Shown here one piece after another: positions 51,901 to 62,260 of a stretch of DNA of 64,000 bases; position 1 is the stretch's first letter; every line of letters starts with the position of its first letter. The notes under the pieces were generated by a model. That model saw only the letters and a list, made by a program, of their open reading frames with translations. It made no database searches and had not been told where the DNA came from. This DNA comes from Tubiluchus corallicola (taxonomy: Eukaryota; Animalia; Priapulida), in contig JAQGDQ010001058.1 in the NCBI GenBank assembly GCA_030141605.1, positions 2,669 to 66,668 on the forward strand, given 5' to 3'. The translations under genes were made by a program, and so were the position numbers.

Positions 51901-54900
51901 TTGTTTATATAACAGTGTGTGATGAGCTTTTACCGGCAATGCCACGTATCTTCAGTGCTGACGACTGTGAAGTTTTAGGGTCTCCAGTCCCAATCAGCCA
52001 AAATGTCAAACATTTGAATTTACTTGAGCAAAATCACGTCTAATTTTATAATTTATGAAATGTAGACAACAAAATATTTAGAAAATAAAATTTCATTTTT
52101 TTTTGAAGAAGCATTATAATCTTTGAACATTAATTATTAAGGATACTTAAATCCAAAAACATTATAACACATTTTATAAGGTAAGCCACTCCAACAAACT
52201 CAAGGTTCTATACTATAAAATATCCTTGTCCTTTTTGTATTAGAATTTTGTCAGTAATTTTGCATCACAGTAAACAAAAGCAAACTAACAATAAACAAAG
52301 TTACTTATTTTAGAATTTTGTTTTTTTTCAGTTTTAATAATAGTTTCCGGTTTTCTACCTTTCATGAATTTCGGTTTCGTTTTGTAAATTTAGTTTGGTA
52401 ACATCCCCGGGTACAGCATTCACTAAGTGACACCCTATATGGTACATTGAAGTCGTTGATCATTCTATATCATCAAACCTTTTTCTTTCCAAAGAAATTT
52501 TTGAACGTAAATTTTTTGCCCTAATTCTTTTTGATTAGACCACATAAACTGAGGCTATTCCTCTGCCCTTATAAGTGTATTTCATATTCACAAACGAATT
52601 TATCATACAGGGATAAAGGGGATAAAGGCATACCTGCTGTGTAATAAGTCTCGTTAGTAAGTTACAAGAATTCTTCTTTTTCTAGAACCCTGGATGTCCT
52701 GGTTAACTGTATTTTCAAAATTTGTTACGCTAGAATGTTTTGCAATTTTGTTTTCAATCTCTTTGGCTTGAGTGTTGAAGATCAAAAATAGACAATAGAT
52801 TTCCAAAATAGCACAGACTTCTGGAAAATAGACAAAGGTTTTGAAATTTTAATAAGTAGCTAGTCTATGATAGGTGTATGTAACTGTGTATCTAAAACTT
52901 TCCATCTCTTCCAACCGTATAATTTGTACTTTAATTAGTGCACAATAAATAAAAATTTCTTTCCAAGTATCTTGAATGTTATTACTAAACTACTAAAGCA
53001 AAGTTGGTAATGTTTAAACACCTTTAATTTAACTAATTTATGTCTGCTTATTTAATTTCTTTAATTAATTTGCAAAAGTGATACAAAGTACCTGTTAACA
53101 TTGTTCTAGAAGCGGGTGATAAGTGTACAATGTACATAGAAATTGCTTTAAAATCACAATTTCTTCAACAAATTCTGTTCGTGAGATTGTGATTTTAAAG
53201 CAACTTCTGTGTACATTGTTCACTTATCAAATCTGTTCGTGAGATTGTGATTTTGGAGCAGTTTCTGTGTACATTGTTCACTTATTGAATCTGTTTGTGA
53301 GATTGTGATTTTAAAGCAGTTTCTGTGTACATTGTTCACTTATCAAATCTGTTCGTGAGATTGTGATTTTGGAGCAGTTTCTGTGTACATTGTTCACTTA
53401 TTAACTCTGTTCGTGAGATTGTGATTTTGGAGCACTTTCTGTGTACATTGTTCACTTATTAACTCTGTTCGTGAGATTGTGATTTTGGAGCAGTTTCTGT
53501 GTACATTGTTCACTTATTGAATCTGTTCGTGAGATTGTGATTTTGGAGCAGTTTCTGTGTACATTGTTCACTTATTGAATCTGTTCGTGAGATTGTGATT
53601 TTAAAGCAGTTTCTGTGTACATTGTTCACTTATCAAATCTGTTTGTGAGATTGTGATTTTAAAGCAGTTTCTGTGTACATTGTTCACTTATCAAATCTGT
53701 TCGTGAGATTGTGATTTTGGAGCAGTTTCTGTGTACATTGTTCACTTATTAACTCTGTTCGTGAGATTGTGATTTTGGAGCAGTTTCTGTGTACATTGTT
53801 CACTTATTAAATCTGTGCATGAGATTGTGATTTTAAAGTGATTTCTGTGTACATTGTTCACTTATTAAATCTGTGCGTGAGATTGCAATTTTAAAGTGAT
53901 TTCTGTGTACATTGTACTCTTATCACCCCCTCCAAAAACAGTGTTAACAGGTAGTTTCTATCACCTGCAAATTAGTTAAAGAAATTCTATTCTTATTATT
54001 ACTTTTCTAATAATAAAAATATTAGTGTTATATTAATAATATTACTAATAATGAAGATTTATTTAGAGTATGCATTTATCGCATTTCACAATGAAAATAA
54101 TAGTGAACTAAATTGTCATGTTTACTGTAACTTCTTATTTTAAGTAACCACCCTAGCCCTGTTTGGTTAGGTTGGACAAAAAGAAGGTTTAATGAAAGAA
54201 TTTTATGTGATTTTTTGACAGGCACAAGAATTATCAGTATAAAAATTGTTAATGATATGTTTCTGCTACTATGCTTTTGTTGACCAAGTCTTTTTATAAT
54301 GTATTTGTACATAGTTGTTGGCATTAGAAAAAAATTCTGTAAACAGTGTGGATGTATTAAATAGTTCTTGGCAACGGACAAATACGTTTCGGGATTATGC
54401 CATTAATTCTTGGAATGATGGTACATTTTGCAGAATAATTTTCTTAACTTTTGCTTTTTTGCTCTTGATATGTTTTCCTTGTTCGTTTAGCACAAGTGTT
54501 ACATCGTGGCAACAAATGACAAGGATCTGAAAAGGAGAATCAGGAAAATTCCTGGAGTTCCTATCATGTACATAACCAAGCACAGGTAAGATTAGACTTG
54601 GTTTTAGTTAGGATTTTGTTGATTAAAGGACAAGAAAAGGGGTACCTAAAGTAGGGTTTAAAAATATGGCTTTAAAAATTATATTACTTTACAAGAATTT
54701 TATGCACATATCGTAGTCGCATTGAAAGGATTTTTTGTTTGTTTTCATTTTAAATCTCCCGCAATACTGTTCCGATGGTGCCATTACATGACGTCACTTA
54801 CGCCATGTAAATCAGGGGAAGAGAAGGCAATGTTAAATTATGTCCCAAAAACTTTCCATGAAAATCTATATTACTTAGTATTTCGTTTACCTGCTGGAAA

Positions 54901-57118
54901 GACTTATGCAACTAGAAATAATAATTAAAGATGTCCATGCCAATTGGGACGCTGGCTTGGGAAAATGCCGCTGGCTTCACCCTCCAGAGTGCTCAATTCA
55001 CTAAACAAAAATGTATTTTTTAATTTTATTGACAAGATATACAGTAATTTAAAATTTTATTTAATTAGTAATGTGCTTGCTATGCATGCTGTGATTATTT
55101 TTGCACGTAATGTTATCTAAACTTGCATCAAACGACATACCATTAAATATCTGCTTAAATTTACAAATTTTATAAAGCAATACTGCCAACGCAAGCCCTG
55201 CACGCAAAAAGGCAGTACGTAAGTGGTATAAAATTGCAAGACAAATTTTTTAAGCTTTATGTAAGTGGAGGGTTTTCTTATGCTTTAAATACAAATCAGC
55301 TGTTTATCGGGCTTGGAGTAAGTTACTAAACCCCTTACCTAGTTTATTTTTTATGTTCCAAAGCAAGATCCTGCTAGTAAATCACTCTACTCACAGACTA
55401 ATGCATAATTAAGTAAAGTCCACGTAAAACAACTGATGTTAATGAATTGATGTAGCAGACAGCTTTACTTTACACGCACGTCACATCACAGTTGTAGCTG
55501 CACTCCAAAGACACCCCAAAAATAAATTAAAACGGGTTTTATGTTGATGTGAGGTGAATAGTCAAGTGGTTACCTTGTGTGCCATAGGCAACTGAAATTA
55601 AGCAACATTGAACCTGGTGAGTGCATAGATGCTTGACTGCCTGGTTCAGTACTCACATTGGATGTTTTTTTATACTGTTCTTTGCTATTTAACATTTACC
55701 ATTTTGAAGAAGGAAGTATGTACATCAAGACAGCTATGACATCTCTGATAGTCCAACGTTTCATATTAAAGTTTTTTCCGTTATTGTAAATTATGGCCAA
55801 CCACATCTGTCTGTATTAAAGCAAAACTGGACTGCATTTTAAACTGCAAGTCAAAATAATCTACTCTTTAAGATATTGAAAAGAAACATACTGTTTCTCA
55901 AGAATAACTTATGTGAAAGAATTATTACAATGTAAACGCAATTTAACATTCATGCCACCAGTTCTTTCCTCCTACATGCATTTCACCATTCGCTAGTTTG
56001 ACAGGCATTAGCGCCTGCATCTCAGAAACAGATGTGTTAGTTTGTGACGAGCTGCACACATTCGACAGCTCATGCGTGAGCACAGCAGTAAATTTGAAAT
56101 TTGAATTTTTATCTTAGAACTTGCCTACTTTTAGTACAACACACTGAATATCTTACAGTAGCACTGTACTTCAATTTTTGCTTTCGCAAACAGGTGCAAC
56201 ATGCTCATGGAATATTTTTGCTGTTGACAATTATGTTAGTTTGTGATTTCATCAGTAGCTGGGCTCGCCCGCCATTAATTAAGTTTTTAATCTATTATTT
56301 AATTGTCAGTGATTTGTTTGCAGTTATTAATTGTGCTGCAACTAGGTAAGATTCTAACTAGCTGTTAAAACTGTTACTATTACAGTAGGTTGGGCTGCGA
56401 GGCGTTGTCAATTTTACACAGGTGCATTGTCTGATACACTTAACCTTTGACCTTTTCACGATCATCATCAATTGCTGGAACTGTGAAAAAGTTTATTGCT
56501 CAAAGCTTAAGTGACTAAATAAAGCTTGTACCAGTGTATCAGTAGTACCAGTGAAATGATGCATAATGGGTGCCATTAAAACAACTCATGCTGAGTACCA
56601 TTAAAACAATGCACAATAGATACCATTAAAACAACACATGCTGGATACCATTAAAACAATGCACAATAGATACCATTAAAACAATGTATGCTGGGTACCA
56701 TTAAAACAACACATTCTAGGTACCATTAAAACAATGCACAATAGATACCATTAAAACAATGTATGCTGGGTACCATTAAAACAACGCGTGCTGAGTACCA
56801 TTAAAACTATGCACAATAGATACCATTAAAAGAATGTATGCTGGGTACCATTAAAACAACGCATGCTGGGTACCATTAAAACAATGCACAATAGATACCC
56901 TTAAGACAATGTTTGCCGGGTACCATTAAAACAATGCATTCTAGGTACCATTAAAACAATGTATGATGGCTACCTATGTGTCGTTCAGAAATTATTGAAA
57001 TGCAATGTAAGCTAGAAGTCACTTAGAGTCTGTGTTACTTACTGTAAGAAATAATTCTGTGTTTTACAGGTTTTCCATAGAAAGAATGCCTGATGCTTTT
57101 GGAGCACCGAAATTATAG
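39977..57118 (+). CDS. FCF1: rRNA-processing protein FCF1 homolog (UTP24, PIN-domain nuclease), 8 exons, 199 aa
   Basis: Exons 39977-39979 (aacaATG|gtaagt), 44243-44310, 45225-45299, 47100-47248, 49669-49741, 50595-50682 (or identical copy 51397-51484), 54491-54585, 57070-57118 total 600 nt. Protein [23 protein letters not shown]...[24 protein letters not shown]...[45 protein letters not shown]...[12 protein letters not shown] is clearly FCF1. The ATG-only first coding exon is inferred. Confidence 0.96.
40062..40385 (+). mobile_element. 5' part of a hAT-like (TAGGG-terminus) element
   Basis: TAGGGCTGTAACAATAC followed by CACGATAC/GATAC subterminal repeats; similar to 29640-29840. Confidence 0.55.
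40683..44107. repeat. Composite 44/56-bp satellite (about 3.4 kb) in FCF1 coding intron 1
   Basis: 44-bp unit GAGAAGTTGCCAAACCGTTCACATGTTGCAACTTTACTCTCAAA, with or without a 12-bp ACAAGAAGTTGC insert. Confidence 0.98.
44490..45077 (+). mobile_element. Kolobok-like family B copy
   Basis: Collinear with 39203-39815; ends TCCGGTTTTACT|TTAA. Confidence 0.72.
46342..46898. mobile_element. Further TTAA-flanked Kolobok-like element
   Basis: TTAA|AGAAAAGAACAAGTC...GGCTTGACCTTTCCT|TTAA; a related inverted end lies at about 6920-7072. Confidence 0.55.
47285..47893 (-). mobile_element. Kolobok-like family B, inverted copy
   Basis: AGCAAAACCGGACC...AAAAATCATCCTGTCTTCCT. Confidence 0.78.
48581..48971 (+). 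mobile_element. hAT-like MITE family D
   Basis: TAGGGGTGAACA...TGTTCACGCCTA with perfect 8-bp TSD ATTGTTTT. Confidence 0.88.
49921..50408. mobile_element. Tc1/mariner-like MITE family G (re-copied, 5' truncated, at 50737-51210)
   Basis: TA|CAGTAAACTTCACTTAACTC...GAGTTATGTGGAGTTTACTG|TA. Confidence 0.82.
49935..51542. repeat. 802-bp tandem duplication
   Basis: 49935-50736 repeated at 50737-51538, no differences seen by eye; TAAC microhomology at the junction. Confidence 0.95.
51397..51484 (+). CDS. FCF1: Second identical copy of FCF1 exon 6 (88 nt) inside an 802-bp tandem duplication
   Basis: Same sequence and splice sites (cacag|AATAG...CGCAG|gtacag) as 50595-50682, offset 802 bp; ORF track shows identical 62-aa ORFs at 50551 and 51353. 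Confidence 0.85.
53054..53986. repeat. Foldback element with a central 58-bp tandem array (about 13 copies, 53174-53925)
   Basis: Arms 53054-53163 and 53879-53986 are imperfect inverted repeats; unit TCTGTTCGTGAGATTGTGATTTTGGAGCAGTTTCTGTGTACATTGTTCACTTATCAAA. Confidence 0.9.
54627..55284 (+). mobile_element. Kolobok-like family A copy
   Basis: TTAA|AGGACAAGAAAA...TTTTCTTATGCT|TTAA. Confidence 0.8.
55559..55775 (+). mobile_element. Degenerate SINE-like element with a 5S rRNA-derived segment
   Basis: 55591-55644 ACTGAAATTAAGCAACATTGAACCTGGTGAGTGCATAGATGCTTGACTGCCTGG resembles the 5S rRNA internal control region. Confidence 0.55.
55820..56335 (-). mobile_element. Kolobok-like family B, inverted and truncated copy
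   Basis: Begins TTAA|AGCAAAACTGGAC; collinear with 47285-47830; other end missing. Confidence 0.72.
56571..56970. repeat. 25-bp minisatellite, about 16 copies with two unit variants
   Basis: TACCATTAAAACAATGCACAATAGA and TACCATTAAAACAATGTATGCTGGG units, mostly alternating. Confidence 0.93.
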
Positions 57119-57127
57119 CACTCATTG

Positions 57128-57727
57128 GTGTGGGAATGTTCATGCAGTTTGTGAAAGAAACCACTACCAGCACAGCTTAAGCAGTGATGTATGGAGTGTT
57201 CTTGCAGGTTTTGAAAGAAACCACTACCAGCACAGCTTAAGGTGTGAGGTGTGGTGTGTTCTTGCAGGTTGTGAAAGAAACCACTACCAGCACAGCTTAA
57301 GGTGTGAGGTGTGGTGTGTTCTTGCAGGTTTTGAAAGAAACCACTGCCAGCACAGCTTAAGCTGTGATGTGTGAAGTGTTGGTGCAGGTTGTGAAGGAAA
57401 CCACTACCAGCACAGCTTAAGCTGTGAGGTGTGGAGTGTTGGTGCAGGTTGTGAAAGAAACCACTACCAGCACAGCTTAAGGTGTGAGGTGTGGAGTGTT
57501 GGTGCAGGTTGTGAAGGAAACCACTACCAGCACAGCTTAAGCTGTGAGGTGTGGAGTGTTGGTGCAGGTTTTGAAAGAAACCACTACCAGCACAGCTTAA
57601 GGTGTGAGGTGTGGAGTGTTGGTGCAGGTTGTGAAAGAAACCACTACCAGCACAGCTTAAGCTGTGATGTGTGAAGTGTTGGTGCAGGTTGTGAAAGAAA
57701 CCACTACCAGCACAGCTTAAGCAGTGA
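57128..57727. repeat. 60-bp minisatellite, 10 copies, in the predicted FCF1 3'UTR
   Basis: Unit GGTGTGAGGTGTGGAGTGTTGGTGCAGGTTGTGAAAGAAACCACTACCAGCACAGCTTAA. Confidence 0.96.
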
Positions 57728-57793
57728 CTTGTACTTAATTATTATGAAGACTAGTGCTTCTTGTACTCTGTGTCCCTGTTTCAATATCAAAAT

Positions 57794-57799
57794 AATAAA
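57794..57799 (+). terminator. Candidate FCF1 polyadenylation signal
   Basis: First AATAAA seen downstream of the FCF1 stop codon. Confidence 0.5.
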
Positions 57800-58035
57800 T
57801 TAGCAAATCCGTTCAATTTTGTAAAAATGTTTTAATTCATTTGTGAATACACACTAGTAATGTAAGTTCAAACTGTCTTTGATAAAAATAATATAAAGTG
57901 AAATGAGATATTATCACCACAAATTTTTTCTATGTAGCTGTATTACACACTTATTCTTTGTCTCTTGAAGTTGGGTTGGTCATTGTGCTTGGTGTGATGG
58001 TGTGTAGATAAATTAAAGTGCTCTGAATGTTTGTC

Positions 58036-60362
58036 TTAACCCAGAGCTTCAGACGGCCATTTTAAAGTACGTAAAAGACTTCCCATTTTGTTCTGTGCCG
58101 TATACTGTTCTAGCTGTCTTTCCGTTTGAGCCGACAGCCAGCCAATCTCATTAGATGTGGTTTTTGGGTACTTCAATGGTGGCTTCTTTCCTTTTGCAGG
58201 CTCTTTTGATGAAGGTGCTTTAATAGCTGATGCCCTCGTTGCCTTTTTTTCTCTCCCAGTCATTAGCTTCTCCATCTAAAAGAAGTTTCTAAGAGTAAAT
58301 AAAGCAGCAGTATCCTGTACTTACTCATTTCTAAACGTAACACCTGCCTACAGGACATATTAAAAGTTATTGAACACGATTTTAAAAACACCGGCGTCAG
58401 TTAACTGCATTCCTCTTCACTTGAAATGCGTTAAATTAAAAATTGACAAGCATGATAAGAGTGGGTGCAATCTACCGGATATCTAGTTAAACTCAAATGA
58501 TAAGAGTGGATGCAATCTACCGGATATCTAGTTAAACTCAAATGATAAGAGTGGATGCAATCTACCGGATATCTAGTTAAACTCAAATGATCAGAGTGGG
58601 TGCAATCTACCGGATATCTAGTTAAACTCAAATGATCAGAGTGGGTGCAATCTACCGGATATCTAGTTAAACTCAAATGATAAGAGTGGATGCAATCTAC
58701 CGGATATCTAGTTAAACTCAAATGATCAGAGTGGGTGCAATCTACCGGATATCTAGTTAAACTCAAATGATAAGAGTGGGTGCAATCTACCGGATATCTA
58801 GTTAAACTCAAATGATAAGAGTGGATGCAATCTACCGGATATCTAGTTAAATTCAAATGATCAGAGTGGGTGCAATCTACCGGATATCTAGTTAAACTCA
58901 AATGATAAGAGTGGGTGCAATCTACCGGATATGTAGTTAAACTCAAATGACGTCAACACTACAAAGCTTTGGTAACAGTTGGAAAAAATCTATTCACTAG
59001 GTATGTGTTGAAATATATGCTAATTTGGTTTACAATAAATTTTTTAAAGTATATTTTTACTGTCATGCAAAAAATAGCTACTCTAGGTTAAGTAAAGAAT
59101 TTACAATAAGTTCACTTCAACCTATGTAAATGTCGCTAAAGTATATTATGAGTAAAAAATGTTCGAGACTTGTGTGGGCAAGGGTGGCTCTGTGTGAGGG
59201 GGCCCCATAATATCATTAGCCTAGAGGCCCCAAAGAGTCATAATCCGGCCCTGCCTATATGCATTTCAACCAAAATTGAGCTTTTTAGAAATTAGCTGCT
59301 CATCTAGAACTTTACTGGTGCAAAACATGGCTTCGAAGTGAAAACTGAATGAGTTTTTTATACAGGGCAACAGAGAATTGATTAAGAAATCTAATCATTA
59401 GAATAATCACTTGGCAAAAAATGTAGCTTTTTTTCTAAACAGTGTGGACCTATGCATATAATATTTTTGTACTTTGGGTTTTAATAAAATTGTTAACTAT
59501 GTCTAATGTTACTGTTTAGTGTGTTTGCTGCTGTACTATACTGTACTATGTAAAGACTTATATCAGGAGTACAGTCTTAAAATAAGATAATGTGATGTAC
59601 GAGTGTTTCTGAAGAATTTTCATAATTTTGAGACTGTACTGTGTACTAGATGTTTGATAGTGTAACGTACGAGTGTTTCTGAAGAATTTTCATAATTTTG
59701 AGACTGTACTGTGTACTAGATGTTTGATAGTGTAACGTACGAGTGTTTCTGAAGAATTTTCATAATTTTGAGACTGTACTGTGTACGAGATGTTTGATAG
59801 TGTAATGTACGAGTGTTTCTGAAGAATTTTCCTAATTTTGAGACTGTACTGTGTACGAGATGTTTGATAGTGTAATGTACGAGTGTTTCTGAAGAATTTT
59901 CCTAATTTTGAGACTGTACTGTGTACGAGATGTTTGATAGTGTAATGTACGGGTGTTTCTGAAGAATTTTCCTAATTTTGAGACTGTACTGTGTACGAGA
60001 TGTTTGATAGTGTAATGTACGAGTGTTTCTGAAGAATTTTCATAATTTTGAGACTGTACTGTGTACGAGATGTTTAATAGTGTAATGTACGAGTGTTTCT
60101 GAAGAATTTTCATAATTTTGAGACTGTACTGTGTACGAGATGTTTGATAGTGTAATGTACGAGTGTTTCTCATATTTCTGCATAATGTTCTAACAGCTGG
60201 ATGGATAGCTTTATGATTTATTAATATTACTGTTTTTAAATAATAGTCCCCCTATTAGGTAGCAAAGTTCAATAATTTACCTTCTCATATTCGTCTGATA
60301 TAATACCCCACCTAGCGGCCCAGGTTCGTGCAGAGTCCAGCTCATGTTTTATGTGGTTTTTC
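58036..60362 (-). CDS. C20orf85/CIMIP1-like ciliary microtubule inner protein, 3' partial (last two exons)
   Basis: Exons 60281-60362 and 58036-58275 join in frame: (W)KNHIKHELDSARTWAARWGIISDEYEK-MEKL...YPKTTSNEIGWLS...LLRTLKWPSEALG*. The W..WG, PxTTxxxIGW and terminal LxWP motifs recall the C20orf85 family. The first coding exon was not confidently found and may lie beyond the window. Confidence 0.7.
58453..58950. repeat. 45-bp minisatellite, 11 copies
   Basis: Unit TGATAAGAGTGGGTGCAATCTACCGGATATCTAGTTAAACTCAAA. Confidence 0.96.
59597..60170. repeat. 70-bp minisatellite, about 8 copies
   Basis: Unit GTACGAGTGTTTCTGAAGAATTTTCATAATTTTGAGACTGTACTGTGTACGAGATGTTTGATAGTGTAAT. Confidence 0.96.
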
Positions 60363-60424
60363 CTAATAAATTAAAAAAATATTATAAAAATGAGCATAGA
60401 ATTTTTGATTAGGTTATGATATCA

Positions 60425-60672
60425 TTGCTGCTGTTGCTGTTACTGTTACTGCTGTTGTTGTTATTGTTGCTGCTATTGTTGTTGTTGCTGCTGTTGTTGT
60501 CGTCGCGTCGTCGTCATTGTTCTTGTTTCTGCTGCTGCTGCTGTTGTTGTTGCTGCTGTTGGTGTTGGTGTTATTGTTACTATTGTTGTTGATGTTGTTC
60601 TTGTTGGTCTTGTCTTTCCTGTTGGTCTTGTTTCTGCTGCTGCTGTTGTTGTTGCTGTTGTTGTCGTCGTCC
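60425..60672. repeat. Degenerate (TTG/CTG)n trinucleotide tract
   Basis: Directly visible. Confidence 0.9.
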
Positions 60673-61249
60673 TCGTAGTAAGGTGGTGGTGACATGAAGC
60701 AATCGCTCCAGGGCGCAAGCATAAGAAAACAATTAACAAAAGTTTTCACACTGCAACAAAACTGCCTAGGCAGAGATCATTGTAACTGACTTAATTATAA
60801 GTAGAAAACTGATTTACTCATAATTAGGGAAAAGGCTAATGTTGTTACTTAACGGGGTGTGTAGGGTGTCATGTGGTTTAGCTGATCGATAATTTTGGGA
60901 GAAACAGTGACGTTTCTCTAAATACCGATTGTATTATGCAAATCTGCAGTGTTCTGTATCTTTCATGATATTTGCACTTTTTAATGTTGGAGCTGAATGT
61001 TTAAGGATTGTCGTGTTACGTGCAACTAATGCATAGAAAAGAGTTACTCTGCTGCAGTACCGCAAATGAAACTCAGGGTGATTCTTGGAAAAATTCGTTT
61101 ACTTTTATCCAAAAAGAAAAGTCGGGCCAGGGACGCAAAAACGCGCACAACTTGCGGTTTCAGCCACGAAATAAATGATCAAAATATTAAAAGGGTAGGG
61201 TGTCAGAAGTTTTTTTTGCCTCCGGGTGTCACAAGCATTTGCTACCCCA

Positions 61250-61300
61250 CTGACTACTGCTGCTGCTTTTACTGTCAAGTTCTGTTTCTGCTGTTGCTGT

Positions 61301-61332
<32 letters not shown>

Positions 61333-61485
61333 CTTTTACTACCAAGTTCTGCTTCTGCTGCTGATGATGATATTGCTGCTGCAGATGGTATTGCTGCTAC
61401 TGCTGCTGCTGCTGTTACTGTCAAGTTCCGTTTCTGCTGTTGCTGTTGTTGCGACAGCTGCTGCTGCTGTTGCAGTTGTTGCTAT
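61250..61485. repeat. Degenerate (CTG/TTG)n trinucleotide tract
   Basis: Directly visible, with a thrice-repeated TTACT..CAAGTTC spacer. Confidence 0.9.
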
Positions 61486-62260
61486 GTTTCTGGTTCTTGC
61501 TTAACGAAGTAATTTTTGACACATAATTTGACAAAGCTAAAAATAGGCTCTTAGGGAATCTATATTTTGCAGGAAAACAGACTAACATCTATTGTAAGTC
61601 CGAGTAATTTGGTAAAAGCTCTCTGCCTTAACCTGAATCATGATGTCTAGACTTACGTAAATTTTCGAAATTTAATTTCACCAGGAGAAGAGAATCAATG
61701 CAGACATGGCAGGCGTATAAATTACATTCACCAGAAGAAAATGATTTTCTAGACTTTATTTTTCAACAATTCACGCATTAAGAATTTGCCTTATTAACCC
61801 GTCGTTTTCGAGAGTGTAGTTAGTGTAAACAATTAAACAACACATTACACGTCTTTTCTTCTAAATCACACAAACCTATAGTGCTAAATGAACACAGTAT
61901 TGTGATATAATATTAGTTAAAAATTAATTAAAAAATAGGTGCAACTTTAAATGTTGTTGGTGTCCAAATGTCACGTGCCCAAATTTATATATAATTTATT
62001 TCGCAAAAGGGTAAATATTGCATTTTACACAATTACAATCTTGAATTAGTTCATCTGTAAACTATTTAGTATAAATTATATTGATTTGTAATTAACATTT
62101 ACAACTAGTGTTTGTGTACAAAAACCAATTAACATAACATTTAGTTGATTAGCAGAATTAGCAGCATCTCTTTTACTTCATTGTCACAAAAACCCTGTAT
62201 TGTCCATTCACCATTAAGTGTCCAGAAGAGTTCACAGCACAAAAATCAATTTCATTAAAA

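Noticed and set aside
59597-60170. Tandem hammerhead/retrozyme in the 70-bp unit (CTGAAGA...GAGACTGTA)
   Set aside because: GAAA core is GAGA in all copies, stem II is poor and no stem I pairing was found.
61682-61707. First coding exon of the C20orf85-like gene (MSALILFS-W)
   Set aside because: Phase fits, but the donor (GTGAAA) is weak and the peptide does not resemble the family N-terminus.
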